Assembly (NCBI GenBank): GCA_040877645.1 | Contig: JBBDNI010000049.1 | Location: 632 to 64,631 of the forward strand | From: Chloroflexota bacterium | GTDB lineage: Bacteria > Chloroflexota > Limnocylindria > QHBO01 | Length of the DNA stretch: 64,000 nt | Direction: 5' to 3' | Shown here: positions 55,867 through 64,000 of the stretch, piece by piece | Layout of the letters: every line of letters begins with the position of its first letter | How positions within the stretch are numbered: the stretch's first letter is position 1 | The notes under the pieces: model-generated | Seen by the model: the letters and a program-made list of their open reading frames with translations, nothing else | Databases searched by the model: none | What the model was told of the DNA's origin: nothing | Program-made: the position numbers and the translations under genes

Positions 55867-56964
55867 CTAAGCGAGCAGCTCCGGCGTCAGGTCGGCCACG
55901 CTCGCCGCGCCCGACAGGGCCATGGCCAGGTCGAGCTCGACGGTGAGCAGGTCCAATACATTGCCGACGCCCGCCTCGCCGTCCACGGCCAAACCCCAGA
56001 TGATCGGTCGCCCGATCCCGACGGCTGTTGCCCCGAGCGCCAGTGCCATGACCGCGTCCGTGCCACGCCGCACGCCGCCGTCCAGCAGCACCGGGACCTC
56101 CCCTGCCACCGCCTCGACGATCGGCGTCAGGGCGTCCAGGCTGGCGATGGCGGCGTCCAGCTGGCGGCCACCGTGGTTGCTGACCTGGATCGCGGCCGCA
56201 CCATGCTCGATCGCCAGCCGCGCGTCGTCGGGATGCAAGATGCCCTTGACGACGACCGGCAGCCCGAATCCGGCGAGCCACTCGAGATCGGTCCAGGTCA
56301 GACGGTCCAGGAAGGCGACCGATGCAGCGTCTGCCGGCGCGACGCCGGCGGCGAGTCCCACGTTGGGAAGCTCCACGCCCTCCGGGATCGTGAAGCCGAC
56401 CCGCAGGTCTCGCTCGCGGCGGCCGAGCCGGGGCACGTCGACCGTCAGCACCAGTGCCTCGTAGCCGTGTGCCACCGCGCGCTCGACCAGGGCGCGCCGC
56501 GCTCCCGGATCGGCGAGCAGGTAGACCTGGAACCAGCGCGGCCCGCCAAGGGCGGCCACGTCGGCCAGGTCCGTGCTGGCCGAGGTCGAGAGGGTGTAGG
56601 TGATGCCGCGAGCCGCTGCCGCCCGGGCAACGGCCAGCTCCCCGTCAGGGTGTGCCATGCGGTTCAGAGCTGTGGGGCACACGAAAAGCGGCCACGACCA
56701 GAGCCGGCCGAGCACGTCGACGCTGTGATCGACCGACGAGACGTCGCGCATGACCCGCGGCACGATCCGGCGGCGAGCGAAGGCGGAACGGTTGTCGGCG
56801 AGCGTTCGCTCGTCGTCAGCACCGCCCAAGAAATAGGCGAGCGGGCCAGGCGCTAGCCGTTCAGCGGCCACGCGTTCGTAGTCGGCGACGTTCAGCAGGT
56901 TCGGGTCGGCCGGAAGGACCGGCTCGAAGGATGCGCGCGGCGGGATCGGCAGGCTCGACGGCAT
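55867..56964 (-). CDS. FMN-dependent alpha-hydroxy acid dehydrogenase (LldD/glycolate oxidase family)
   Basis: About 366 aa from an internal ATG. TIM-barrel FMN motifs are present (VSNHGGRQLD, catalytic His). The upstream 168 codons of the track ORF are probably not coding. Confidence 0.75.
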   Translation of the reverse strand: MPSSLPIPPRASFEPVLPADPNLLNVADYERVAAERLAPGPLAYFLGGADDERTLADNRSAFARRRIVPRVMRDVSSVDHSVDVLGRLWSWPLFVCPTALNRMAHPDGELAVARAAAARGITYTLSTSASTDLADVAALGGPRWFQVYLLADPGARRALVERAVAHGYEALVLTVDVPRLGRRERDLRVGFTIPEGVELPNVGLAAGVAPADAASVAFLDRLTWTDLEWLAGFGLPVVVKGILHPDDARLAIEHGAAAIQVSNHGGRQLDAAIASLDALTPIVEAVAGEVPVLLDGGVRRGTDAVMALALGATAVGIGRPIIWGLAVDGEAGVGNVLDLLTVELDLAMALSGAASVADLTPELLA

Positions 56965-57019
56965 CGCTGAGAGGTTAGCCGAGCGTGGCCGCAGCCGGGC
57001 CGCGTAGCATCGCGGCAGC

Positions 57020-58180
57020 ATGCCCATCTTCGATCCCAAGACCCCACTCCCCGACGCGCCAGACCCGTGGGCCGGCTCCGAGATGCCAGCCGGGCGTGAC
57101 GGGCCGCCGTATGCCATGACCGAGATGATCGCCGCCGAGCCGGCCCTCGCCGAGCGGCTCGTGCAACGGCTGCAGGACGACCCCACCTCCGCACGCGTGG
57201 CGGATGCGGTTCGCGGGGCCGCTGCCGAGCACAGGCCGATCATCACGACCGGCTGCGGCACGAGCGAGCACGCCGCCATGGTCGCCGCCGAGCTGCTGAC
57301 AGACGCCCTGGCGGGCACGACCGTCTGGCCGATGCAGGCGCTCGAGATGGCAAGGAGACCTCCGACCGGCGGCGTGGTTGTCGCCATCTCGCACGAGGGG
57401 GGCACATGGGCCACCAACCTGGCGCTCAGCGAAGCGCGAGCGGCGGGTGCGAGCACGGTGCTCATCACGGTCAGCGATCGCTCGCCGGGTGCGCGCCTCG
57501 CGGACCACGTCCTGACGACCGGGGAGCAGGATCAGAGCTGGTGCCACACCATCGGCTACCTGTCACCGGTGATCGCTGCGGCCGCCCTGGCCGCAGCGGT
57601 GCGCGGCACTCCTATCGACCCCCTGGCGGCACGCACGCTCGTCGGCCTGGGCGACGACGAGTCCGGGGCGGAGGCGGTTGCCGGCGCCCTTGCCAGCTGC
57701 AGCCGACTCCTGATCGTGGGCTCGGGGATCGACTACCCGGCGGCGCGCGAGCTCGCCCTCAAGATCGAGGAGGGTGCCCGTCTGCCGGCATCGGCGATGC
57801 AGCTCGAGACGATCCGCCACGGCCACCTGGCGGCCGCCGACGAAGATACCGGCCTCGTCATGGTCCTGACGGACGGCGAGGCGTGGGGCGAAACGATCAT
57901 CGATCGGGCACGCGCAGTGCTCCGCTCGGCCACCGCCCTGGGCATGGCCGCGGCCGGGATCGTGGGGGCCGACCTCGGCGACGACATCCCGCTGGACCTC
58001 ACCCCCGCGGGCCGGCTGAGCGTGCCGCTCGCCGGCGGGCTGCCGCGGATCGTCGGTGCGGCCATCGGCTCGGCCGTCCCGCTCCAGCTGCTGGCGGAGC
58101 GACTGGCAAGGGCACGCGGCAAGAACCCTGACAGCATCGGCCGGGAGGATCCACGCCAGGCGGCCGCCGCTGACGCCTGA
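57020..58180 (+). CDS. SIS-domain sugar-phosphate isomerase/deaminase family protein
   Basis: Two SIS-like domains (ITTGCGTSEHAAMVAAELL, LIVGSGIDYPAARELALKIEE), 386 aa. Confidence 0.65.
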   Translation: MPIFDPKTPLPDAPDPWAGSEMPAGRDGPPYAMTEMIAAEPALAERLVQRLQDDPTSARVADAVRGAAAEHRPIITTGCGTSEHAAMVAAELLTDALAGTTVWPMQALEMARRPPTGGVVVAISHEGGTWATNLALSEARAAGASTVLITVSDRSPGARLADHVLTTGEQDQSWCHTIGYLSPVIAAAALAAAVRGTPIDPLAARTLVGLGDDESGAEAVAGALASCSRLLIVGSGIDYPAARELALKIEEGARLPASAMQLETIRHGHLAAADEDTGLVMVLTDGEAWGETIIDRARAVLRSATALGMAAAGIVGADLGDDIPLDLTPAGRLSVPLAGGLPRIVGAAIGSAVPLQLLAERLARARGKNPDSIGREDPRQAAAADA

Positions 58181-58234
58181 GCGGGGGCTCGCCGTTATCA
58201 TCGGTCCACCCAAGCCACGCCCAACGAGGACCGC

Positions 58235-59149
58235 TTGCCCAGCCTGATCGAGTGCGTCCCGAACTTCTCCGAGGGGCGGCGCCCCGAGGTGGTCGAGGAG
58301 ATCGTCCGTGCGGTCCGCCAGATCGACGGCGTGACGCTGCTCGACTTCTCGCGTGACGAGACGCACAACCGCAGCGTGGTGACATTCGCCGGCACGGCTG
58401 AGCAGGTCGTGCGGGCCGCGACGGCGGCGGTCGGGCGCGCCCTCGAGCTGATCGACATGGAGCAGCACACGGGAGCGCATCCGCGCATCGGGGCGGTCGA
58501 CGTGATCCCGTTCGTGCCGCTCGGCGCGACACGCATGGAGGAGTGCGTCGACCTGGCCCGTCGCTTCGGTGAGCAGATTGCCAGGACCTTCGAGCTGCCG
58601 GTCTACCTGTACGGCGAGGCGGCGCTGCGTCCCGGCCGCGAGCGCCTGGCCGAAGTGCGGCGCGGGCAGTACGAGGGGCTCAAGGCCGAGCTGGGTGTCG
58701 AGACCGAACGCGATCCGGACTTCGGACCCCGCCGCATGCACCCGCGCGGCGGCGCCGTGGCGGTGGGCGCCCGCAAGCCGCTGATCGCCTTCAACGTCAA
58801 CCTGGCGACCGATGACCTGACCATCGCGCGGCGCATCGCCGAGACGATCCGCGAGTCGTCTGGCGGCCTGCCGGCGGTGCAGGCGATGGGCGTGCTGCTC
58901 GAGAACCCCGGTGAGCCGCGCTACGCGCAGGTCAGCATGAACCTGGTCGACTGGGAGCGGACCGGCATCGCCCGCGCGGTGGCCGAGATCCGCCGCCTGG
59001 CACGCGCCTCCGGGGTCGAGATCGACCACTGCGAGCTGATCGGGCTGGCGCCGGCCGGGGCCCTCCTCGAGGTCGCCGCCGACTCGCTGGGCCTGCGCGG
59101 CTTCTCGGCCGACCAAGCCTTGGAGCTGCGACTGGCGCGCGAACGGTGA
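58235..59149 (+). CDS. Glutamate formimidoyltransferase (FtcD N-terminal domain only)
   Basis: MPSLIECVPNFSEGRRPEVVEEIV...THNRSVVTF...HPRIGAVDVIPFVP; 304 aa with no cyclodeaminase domain attached. Confidence 0.8.
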   Translation: MPSLIECVPNFSEGRRPEVVEEIVRAVRQIDGVTLLDFSRDETHNRSVVTFAGTAEQVVRAATAAVGRALELIDMEQHTGAHPRIGAVDVIPFVPLGATRMEECVDLARRFGEQIARTFELPVYLYGEAALRPGRERLAEVRRGQYEGLKAELGVETERDPDFGPRRMHPRGGAVAVGARKPLIAFNVNLATDDLTIARRIAETIRESSGGLPAVQAMGVLLENPGEPRYAQVSMNLVDWERTGIARAVAEIRRLARASGVEIDHCELIGLAPAGALLEVAADSLGLRGFSADQALELRLARER

Positions 59150-59162
59150 GCGGGGGCGAGCC

Positions 59163-60824
59163 ATGAGCACCATGCGCGAGGCGCTGCGCGCCGCGGTCGA
59201 AGCCGCGATGACCGCCGCCGAGGACGCGGGCGACCTGCGTCGACCCGAGAGCGCAGCGTGGCCAACCGTCAGCATCGAGCGTCCGGCAAGGCCCGAGCAC
59301 GGCGACTACGCCACCAACGCGGCCATGCAGCTGGCACCGGTCGTCCACGACGCCCCACTCCGGATCGCGGAGACGCTGAAGCGCCATCTCGGCCTGCCCG
59401 ACGGCGTGGCGGAGGTCAGCGTGGCGCCGCCCGGCTTCCTGAACCTGCGCCTCGATCCGGCATGGGTTGCCGGCCAGGTGGAGGGCATCCTCGCCGCCGG
59501 TCCGCGCTTCGGCGAGGTGCGGGTCACGACCCCACGCCGCATCAACGTCGAGTTCGTCTCAGCCAACCCCACTGGGCCGCTGCACATCGGCAACGCGCGC
59601 GGTGCGTTCGTGGGCGACCTGCTGTGCCGGGTGCTCGCCGGAGTGGGGCACGAGGTCACGCGCGAGTACTACTTCAACGACTCGGGTGCCCAGGTACGGA
59701 ATCTTGGCCTCTCGGTGCTGGCCGTGCGCGACGGGCAGCCTTTCCCCGAGGACGGTTACCACGGCGACTACGTGGCCGACCTGGCGGCCGCCATTCCCGA
59801 CGACCTCCTCACCACCGCTCGTGCGAACGAGGATCCCGGCTGGGTCATCGGTGCGTGGGCGAGCGAGCATGTGCGGGCCGGGATCGAGACCAGCCTCGTC
59901 CGGCTCGGAGTGCAGTTCGACGTGTGGCGCGGCGAGAAGATGCTGCACGCCGACGGCTGGGTGGCGCGTGCGGTCGAGCGGATCAGCGCATCGGGCCATG
60001 TCTTCGAGGCCGATGGGGCGACCTGGTTCAGGTCAACCGCCTACGGGGACGACAAGGACCGCGTGATCTATCGGTCCAACGGCGAGCCGACCTATTTCGC
60101 CGCCGACATCGGCTACCTGACCGAGAAGTTCGGGCGTGACTTCGACGAGCTGATCTACCTGTGGGGAGAAGACCACCACGGCACGGTGGCCAGGCTGCGC
60201 AACGCGGCCGAGGCGATGGGCTTCGATCGGGAGGCGGTGCAGGTGCTGCTGATGGCCTGGGTCCGCTTCGTGCGCGACGGCCAGGAGATCAGCATGAGCA
60301 AGCGCAGCGGCGAGTACATCACCCTGGACGAGCTGCTGGCCGAGATCGGGGCCGATGCCGCCCGCTGGTTCTTCGGGTCACGCGCGCTGACCACCGGGAT
60401 CGACTTCGACATCGAGCTGGCCAAGAAGCAGAGCGCCGAGAACCCGGTCTACTACGTGCAATACGCGCATGCGCGCTGCAGCTCGATCCTGCGCAAGGGG
60501 GCCGATGCGGGGGTCGCCCCCGACGCGAGCAAGGCCAGCACGCTCCTTGCCCACCCTGCCGAGCAGACGCTCATTCGGCGCCTGCTGGCACTGCCCGAGG
60601 TGCTGGCTGACGCGGCCGACCGCCGCGAAACCCACGAGGTGACCCGTTACTGCCTGGAGGTGGCGCAGCTCTTCAGCCAGTTCTACCGCGACTGCCGGGT
60701 CCTTCCCGATGGGCCCGATGAGGTGCCCCTGTCCCAGGCACGCCTCGCCCTGACCGATGCCGCACGCCAGGTGCTGGCCAACGCCCTCGGCCTGCTCGGC
60801 ATCGCCGCCCCGGAGTCGATGTAG
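59163..60824 (+). CDS. argS: Arginine--tRNA ligase
   Basis: 553 aa, class I aaRS (SANPTGPLHIGNARG HIGH motif, KMSKR-like MSKRSGEY). Confidence 0.9.
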   Translation: MSTMREALRAAVEAAMTAAEDAGDLRRPESAAWPTVSIERPARPEHGDYATNAAMQLAPVVHDAPLRIAETLKRHLGLPDGVAEVSVAPPGFLNLRLDPAWVAGQVEGILAAGPRFGEVRVTTPRRINVEFVSANPTGPLHIGNARGAFVGDLLCRVLAGVGHEVTREYYFNDSGAQVRNLGLSVLAVRDGQPFPEDGYHGDYVADLAAAIPDDLLTTARANEDPGWVIGAWASEHVRAGIETSLVRLGVQFDVWRGEKMLHADGWVARAVERISASGHVFEADGATWFRSTAYGDDKDRVIYRSNGEPTYFAADIGYLTEKFGRDFDELIYLWGEDHHGTVARLRNAAEAMGFDREAVQVLLMAWVRFVRDGQEISMSKRSGEYITLDELLAEIGADAARWFFGSRALTTGIDFDIELAKKQSAENPVYYVQYAHARCSSILRKGADAGVAPDASKASTLLAHPAEQTLIRRLLALPEVLADAADRRETHEVTRYCLEVAQLFSQFYRDCRVLPDGPDEVPLSQARLALTDAARQVLANALGLLGIAAPESM

Positions 60825-60826
60825 GG

Positions 60827-62152
60827 CTAGCCCCCGGCGAGCTGTGTGATCTGGTCGAGCAGCTGCTCCGAGGACGCATGCAAGACGATCGTTTCGCGCT
60901 CCGAGGCGTGGACGACCCTGATCGCAAACGGCAGGCTGGTCGCAGCGCCCGCATAGGCATCCTCGAATTCGGTCGCCTCGATCGGGGCGTCCCAGGCGAT
61001 CCGCCAGCCGAGCGCCCAGCCAAGGTCACCGCCGTCGGCAACCGCGACCCAATCGCCGCCCCAGCCGTCAGCTCCCCGGGCGGCAAGCGTCGCATCGACG
61101 CCGATCCCCTCGAGCCAGATGCGGATCCAGGCCTCGCCGAGTGTCGTCTCGGTGGCATGCGCCCAGTCGTCGCCGAGGGTCGTCCACAGGTCGAGGCCGT
61201 CGACCTCGAGCGGCGCCTCGCCGTCGATGTAGGCGTCGGGGTGCAGGACCTGCTCGGTCGACGACGGAGGATCGGCGTATGCCTCGTTGACGGCGTCCCA
61301 CCCCCCGGAGGCCCATAGCTGGCCGATGAACTGCGCGCCGGACAGGTATGGGAACTCGAGGAACCTGACCATCCAGTCGGGGATGCCGGTCATGTCAGGC
61401 AGCGGCGTCTCGGTGATGCCCACCATCTCCTCGGGTGTCAGGTGCGCGATGGCCCACAGGACCATGGCCGTGGTCGCGTCCCCCTCTTCCAGCGCGATGA
61501 GTGCCAGCTCGCGATCCTTCTGGCCGACCAGCGCCTCGTGCGCGGCGGCCGTGTCGAAGGCCGCGTCCTGCATGGCGTGCGTGTACTCGTGGGCGTAGGT
61601 GATGCGAGCCTGCGGGGTCAGGCCGGCGTCACTGACGATGACCATCCGCTTGGCGTCGGGGTCGTAGAAGCCGAGCACCTGGGCGGTGTACAGCTGCTCG
61701 GTCAGGTCGACGATGTCCTGGTCGGCGGTCAACAGGCCGAGCGCCCGCAGCGTCACATTGTCGAGCGGCGGTTCGAGAAGGTGGGGCAGGATCACGGCCA
61801 GCTCGGCGCGGGTCAGCACGTCGGGCGCGCCGATGCTCGCGGCGGGCAGCTCGCGCAGGGCGCGGACCTCGCGCTCGATCTCGGCGAAGACGACCAGCGG
61901 GTCCTGGGAGGCGGCGGGGCTGCCTGAGGGCGATGCGGAGGCGCTTCCCTCCACCGGCGGGGCGCTGGCGAACGGCCCGAACCCGACCTGGAAGCCCATC
62001 CCGCGGAGGGCGAGGACGGCCACGATCGCGAGGCTCAGGAGCAGGACGGCGACCGCCGCCAGGCGCCGGGGCAGGGAGGGCATCGGCCGCATTGTCGCAC
62101 CCGAGGCTGGCCGATTTGGTTCAGGTTTCTTAAGCCAAGCCCCCCTTTTCAA
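60827..62152 (-). CDS. Secreted or membrane-anchored putative zinc metallopeptidase (HExxH)
   Basis: An N-terminal signal/anchor (AAVAVLLLSLAIVAVLAL) is followed by a Ser/Ala linker and a HEYTHAMQD zincin-like motif. 441 aa. Confidence 0.5.
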   Translation of the reverse strand: MKRGAWLKKPEPNRPASGATMRPMPSLPRRLAAVAVLLLSLAIVAVLALRGMGFQVGFGPFASAPPVEGSASASPSGSPAASQDPLVVFAEIEREVRALRELPAASIGAPDVLTRAELAVILPHLLEPPLDNVTLRALGLLTADQDIVDLTEQLYTAQVLGFYDPDAKRMVIVSDAGLTPQARITYAHEYTHAMQDAAFDTAAAHEALVGQKDRELALIALEEGDATTAMVLWAIAHLTPEEMVGITETPLPDMTGIPDWMVRFLEFPYLSGAQFIGQLWASGGWDAVNEAYADPPSSTEQVLHPDAYIDGEAPLEVDGLDLWTTLGDDWAHATETTLGEAWIRIWLEGIGVDATLAARGADGWGGDWVAVADGGDLGWALGWRIAWDAPIEATEFEDAYAGAATSLPFAIRVVHASERETIVLHASSEQLLDQITQLAGG

Positions 62153-62287
62153 TTCATGGTTGGCCGATAGGGTTCACGGTGCGAGTTGGAGACCAACGGG
62201 TTTCCGCCTCCACCCTCCCTCCTTCGAGCGCCGGTGTCATTGGGCGGGCACCGGCGCTCGTACTTTTCCGGTAGGATCGGCCATCCC

Positions 62288-62932
62288 ATGGAGATCACCT
62301 GGTACGGGCGTGCCTGCTTCCGGCTGAAGGGGCGCGAGGCGACGGTCATCACCGATCCGTGCCCCCCGGCGACCGGCTTCGTGGCGGGCAAGCACGACGT
62401 CGACCTGCTGACGATGTCGCACGCCCATCCCGATCACTCCTACACCCGCTCGATCACGGCCGATCTGACGCTGACCCGGCCGGGCGAGTACGAACACCGC
62501 AACCTGCTGATCACCGGTGTCCGGACCTTCCATGACGGTGCGCGCGGCGCCGAGCGCGGCGAGAACGTGATCTTCGCGGTCGAGATCGACGGGGTGCACG
62601 TCTGCCATCTGGGCGACCTAGGGCACCTCCTGACCGAGGACGAGCTGGGTGAGCTCGGCCCGATCGACGTGCTGCTGGTCCCCGCCGGCGGCAACTTCAC
62701 GATCTCGCCGGCCGAGGCCGCGGAGGTGGTCGCCCAGGTCAGCCCCAAGATCGTGATCCCGATGCACTTCGCCACCGATGGCGCCTCTGCGGACCTGCTC
62801 GGCCCGGAGCGATTCCTCCATGAGCTGGCGGTGGGTGAGCCGATCCGACAGCCGAAGGCCGTCGTGCACGCCTCCTCACTCCCCGAAGAGACCCAGGTGG
62901 TCCTGCTCGAGGCACGCGGCCGAACCGGCTGA
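62288..62932 (+). CDS. MBL-fold metallo-hydrolase
   Basis: HAHPDH motif and beta-lactamase-fold signatures. 214 aa from the ATG at 62288. Confidence 0.7.
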   Translation: MEITWYGRACFRLKGREATVITDPCPPATGFVAGKHDVDLLTMSHAHPDHSYTRSITADLTLTRPGEYEHRNLLITGVRTFHDGARGAERGENVIFAVEIDGVHVCHLGDLGHLLTEDELGELGPIDVLLVPAGGNFTISPAEAAEVVAQVSPKIVIPMHFATDGASADLLGPERFLHELAVGEPIRQPKAVVHASSLPEETQVVLLEARGRTG

Positions 62933-63140
62933 CACCCTCTGGTACTGGGTGGGTCCCGTTATTCCCGTTGCGCCTCGGCAACGCGCGCGCACCTGACCTC
63001 ACCAGACCGCCCTCCGAGCTCGGATAAGGTGGGTCTTGGGTACTAGGCCGGGCCAGTACCTCCGTTGTACGTTGCCGTTCCAACCGCATCCCAGGCACGG
63101 GTGGTCCGTGCACCGCACATCAGGGGAGCTGGAACGAGCA

Positions 63141-63920
63141 ATGAGGAATTCATCGGTGAACGTCCAGGCGAAGGCCGCGTCGCGGCCAACCATCCTTCTC
63201 GCAGCCACGGCCGCGATCGCGCTGTCGATGCTGTACCTGGTCGTGCCAGTTATGGCCAACGACCTTCACCAGACGGCTGACCTGCCGATCAGCTGGGACA
63301 ACCCGGACTTCCAGGGCAATAGTGACGAGTGCAAGGACGCAGACCTTGAGCCCGGTGAAGTCCTCTGGCATTTCGTCCACACCGGCAACGACGGTAGCGA
63401 CCTGCCGGCCACCCTGGACGCGAACTTCGAAACAGCCGGCGACCAGCAGGCGGACGGGTACAGCAACGGCGACGGCAACGCCACGCTGATGTACGACATC
63501 ATCACGGGCCACGACACCCTGAATTCGGCCAGTGACTCGATCGACGACGACAACCTGCTCAACCTCAGCCACATCTGTGGTGGTCCTGAGCAGTCGGTCG
63601 ACGAGTCGGTCGCCGAGTCGGTCGAAGAGTCGGTTGCCGAGTCGGTCGAAGAGTCGGTTGCCGAGTCGGCCGAAGAGTCGGTTGCCGAGTCGGTCGCCGA
63701 GAGCGTCGAGCAGTCGGTCGCCGAGTCGGTCGCGCAGAGCGCCGAGGAGGAGATCGAGGCCGGCACCGGCACTCCGGATCCTGAAGAGAGCCAGCCCGAC
63801 ACGGCCCTGGGCGTCGTCGGCAGCAACCCGCTGCCAACCCTCGGCTTCGGCCTGATCCTTCTGGCCTCACTCACCGGTCTCGCATTCGCGAACGTCAAGG
63901 CGGCCCGCAACCGCAGCTAA
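63141..63920 (+). CDS. LPXTG cell-wall-anchored surface protein with an acidic SVAE tandem-repeat region
   Basis: Signal peptide, an Asp/Asn-rich domain, about 12 ESVAESVE repeats, then NPLPTLG (LPxTG) + a hydrophobic helix + a basic tail (KAARNRS). Confidence 0.65.
   Translation: MRNSSVNVQAKAASRPTILLAATAAIALSMLYLVVPVMANDLHQTADLPISWDNPDFQGNSDECKDADLEPGEVLWHFVHTGNDGSDLPATLDANFETAGDQQADGYSNGDGNATLMYDIITGHDTLNSASDSIDDDNLLNLSHICGGPEQSVDESVAESVEESVAESVEESVAESAEESVAESVAESVEQSVAESVAQSAEEEIEAGTGTPDPEESQPDTALGVVGSNPLPTLGFGLILLASLTGLAFANVKAARNRS
63589..63748 (+). repeat. Tandem 12-nt repeat (gagtcggtcgcc-like, about 12 copies) inside the LPXTG gene, encoding (E/Q)SVA
   Basis: Direct inspection shows gagtcggtcgacgagtcggtcgccgagtcggtcgaagagtcggttgcc... 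with period 12. Confidence 0.8.
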
Positions 63921-64000
63921 CCCCCAGATCCGGCCCTGGGCCGGCGGTTACCGAGCACAGCCCCCGCAGTACGCGGGGGCTGTGTTTTGTGTCCCGCTAG

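Noticed and set aside
63589-63748. A short-period direct-repeat array, examined as a possible CRISPR.
   Set aside because: It has a 12-nt period, no spacers, and is in-frame coding (SVAE repeats) inside an LPXTG protein gene. No cas genes are present.
1-64000. A search for tRNA, rRNA, transposase, integrase, restriction-modification, toxin-antitoxin or other defence-island hallmarks.
   Set aside because: None were recognised. RadC and the CPBP (Abi-like) protease occur in defence contexts elsewhere, but here they are single genes flanked by housekeeping genes with no partner components.

Overview
This is a high-GC (about 70%) chromosomal segment from a Gram-positive organism that looks like an Actinomycetota. 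Supporting this are the GlgE pathway, a UPF0182 protein, Pro/Thr-rich lipoprotein linkers, an LPXTG-anchored protein and Cheo-type LexA boxes. The window is densely coding housekeeping DNA, not an obvious mobile island. No rRNA, tRNA, CRISPR, transposase or integrase was found.

Layout, left to right:
- Left edge (minus strand): an N-terminal fragment of a secreted protein running off the window.
- mreC-mreB (minus strand), divergent from glgB (plus), then glgX and glgE (minus) of the GlgE alpha-glucan pathway, then a PQQ-dependent sugar dehydrogenase lipoprotein.
- About 27 kb of co-directional minus-strand purine genes: purN-purM-purF, purL, purQ-purS-purC, purB-purE-purD, guaA, a guaB3-like gene and purA. 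Non-purine genes are embedded in this array: a coiled-coil GGDEF cyclase, RadC, a CPBP protease, two double-zinc-ribbon membrane proteins, an antisense GGDEF/HD-GYP protein, an MgtC-family protein plus a polytopic membrane protein translationally coupled between purB and purC, a UPF0182 giant membrane protein and two lipoproteins.
- A duplicated zinc-ribbon protein, dnaB, a frameshifted SnoaL-like pseudogene, rplI and a DUF1232 protein.
- An SOS locus: an autoregulated lexA with a Cheo box in its promoter, dinB immediately downstream, and an 86-aa ORF of unknown function behind a strong promoter carrying two tandem Cheo boxes.
- A one-carbon and histidine-utilisation region. A stand-alone formimidoyl-THF cyclodeaminase overlaps folD, and about 14 kb away sit hutH, hutU and a stand-alone glutamate formimidoyltransferase, so FtcD is split into two separately encoded halves.
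- A NitT/TauT (ThiXYZ-like) ABC transporter preceded by a 430-bp GC-rich riboswitch-like leader whose class could not be fixed.
- DedA, a PAP2 phosphatase, a ZIP transporter, argS, a secreted HExxH protein, an MBL hydrolase, and an LPXTG surface protein containing a 12-nt tandem repeat (an SVAE amino-acid repeat).

Many long Arg/Pro-rich ORFs in the six-frame track are antisense shadows of real genes, as is typical for high-GC DNA.

Coordinates derived by hand from the sequence text may be off by 1-2 nt.
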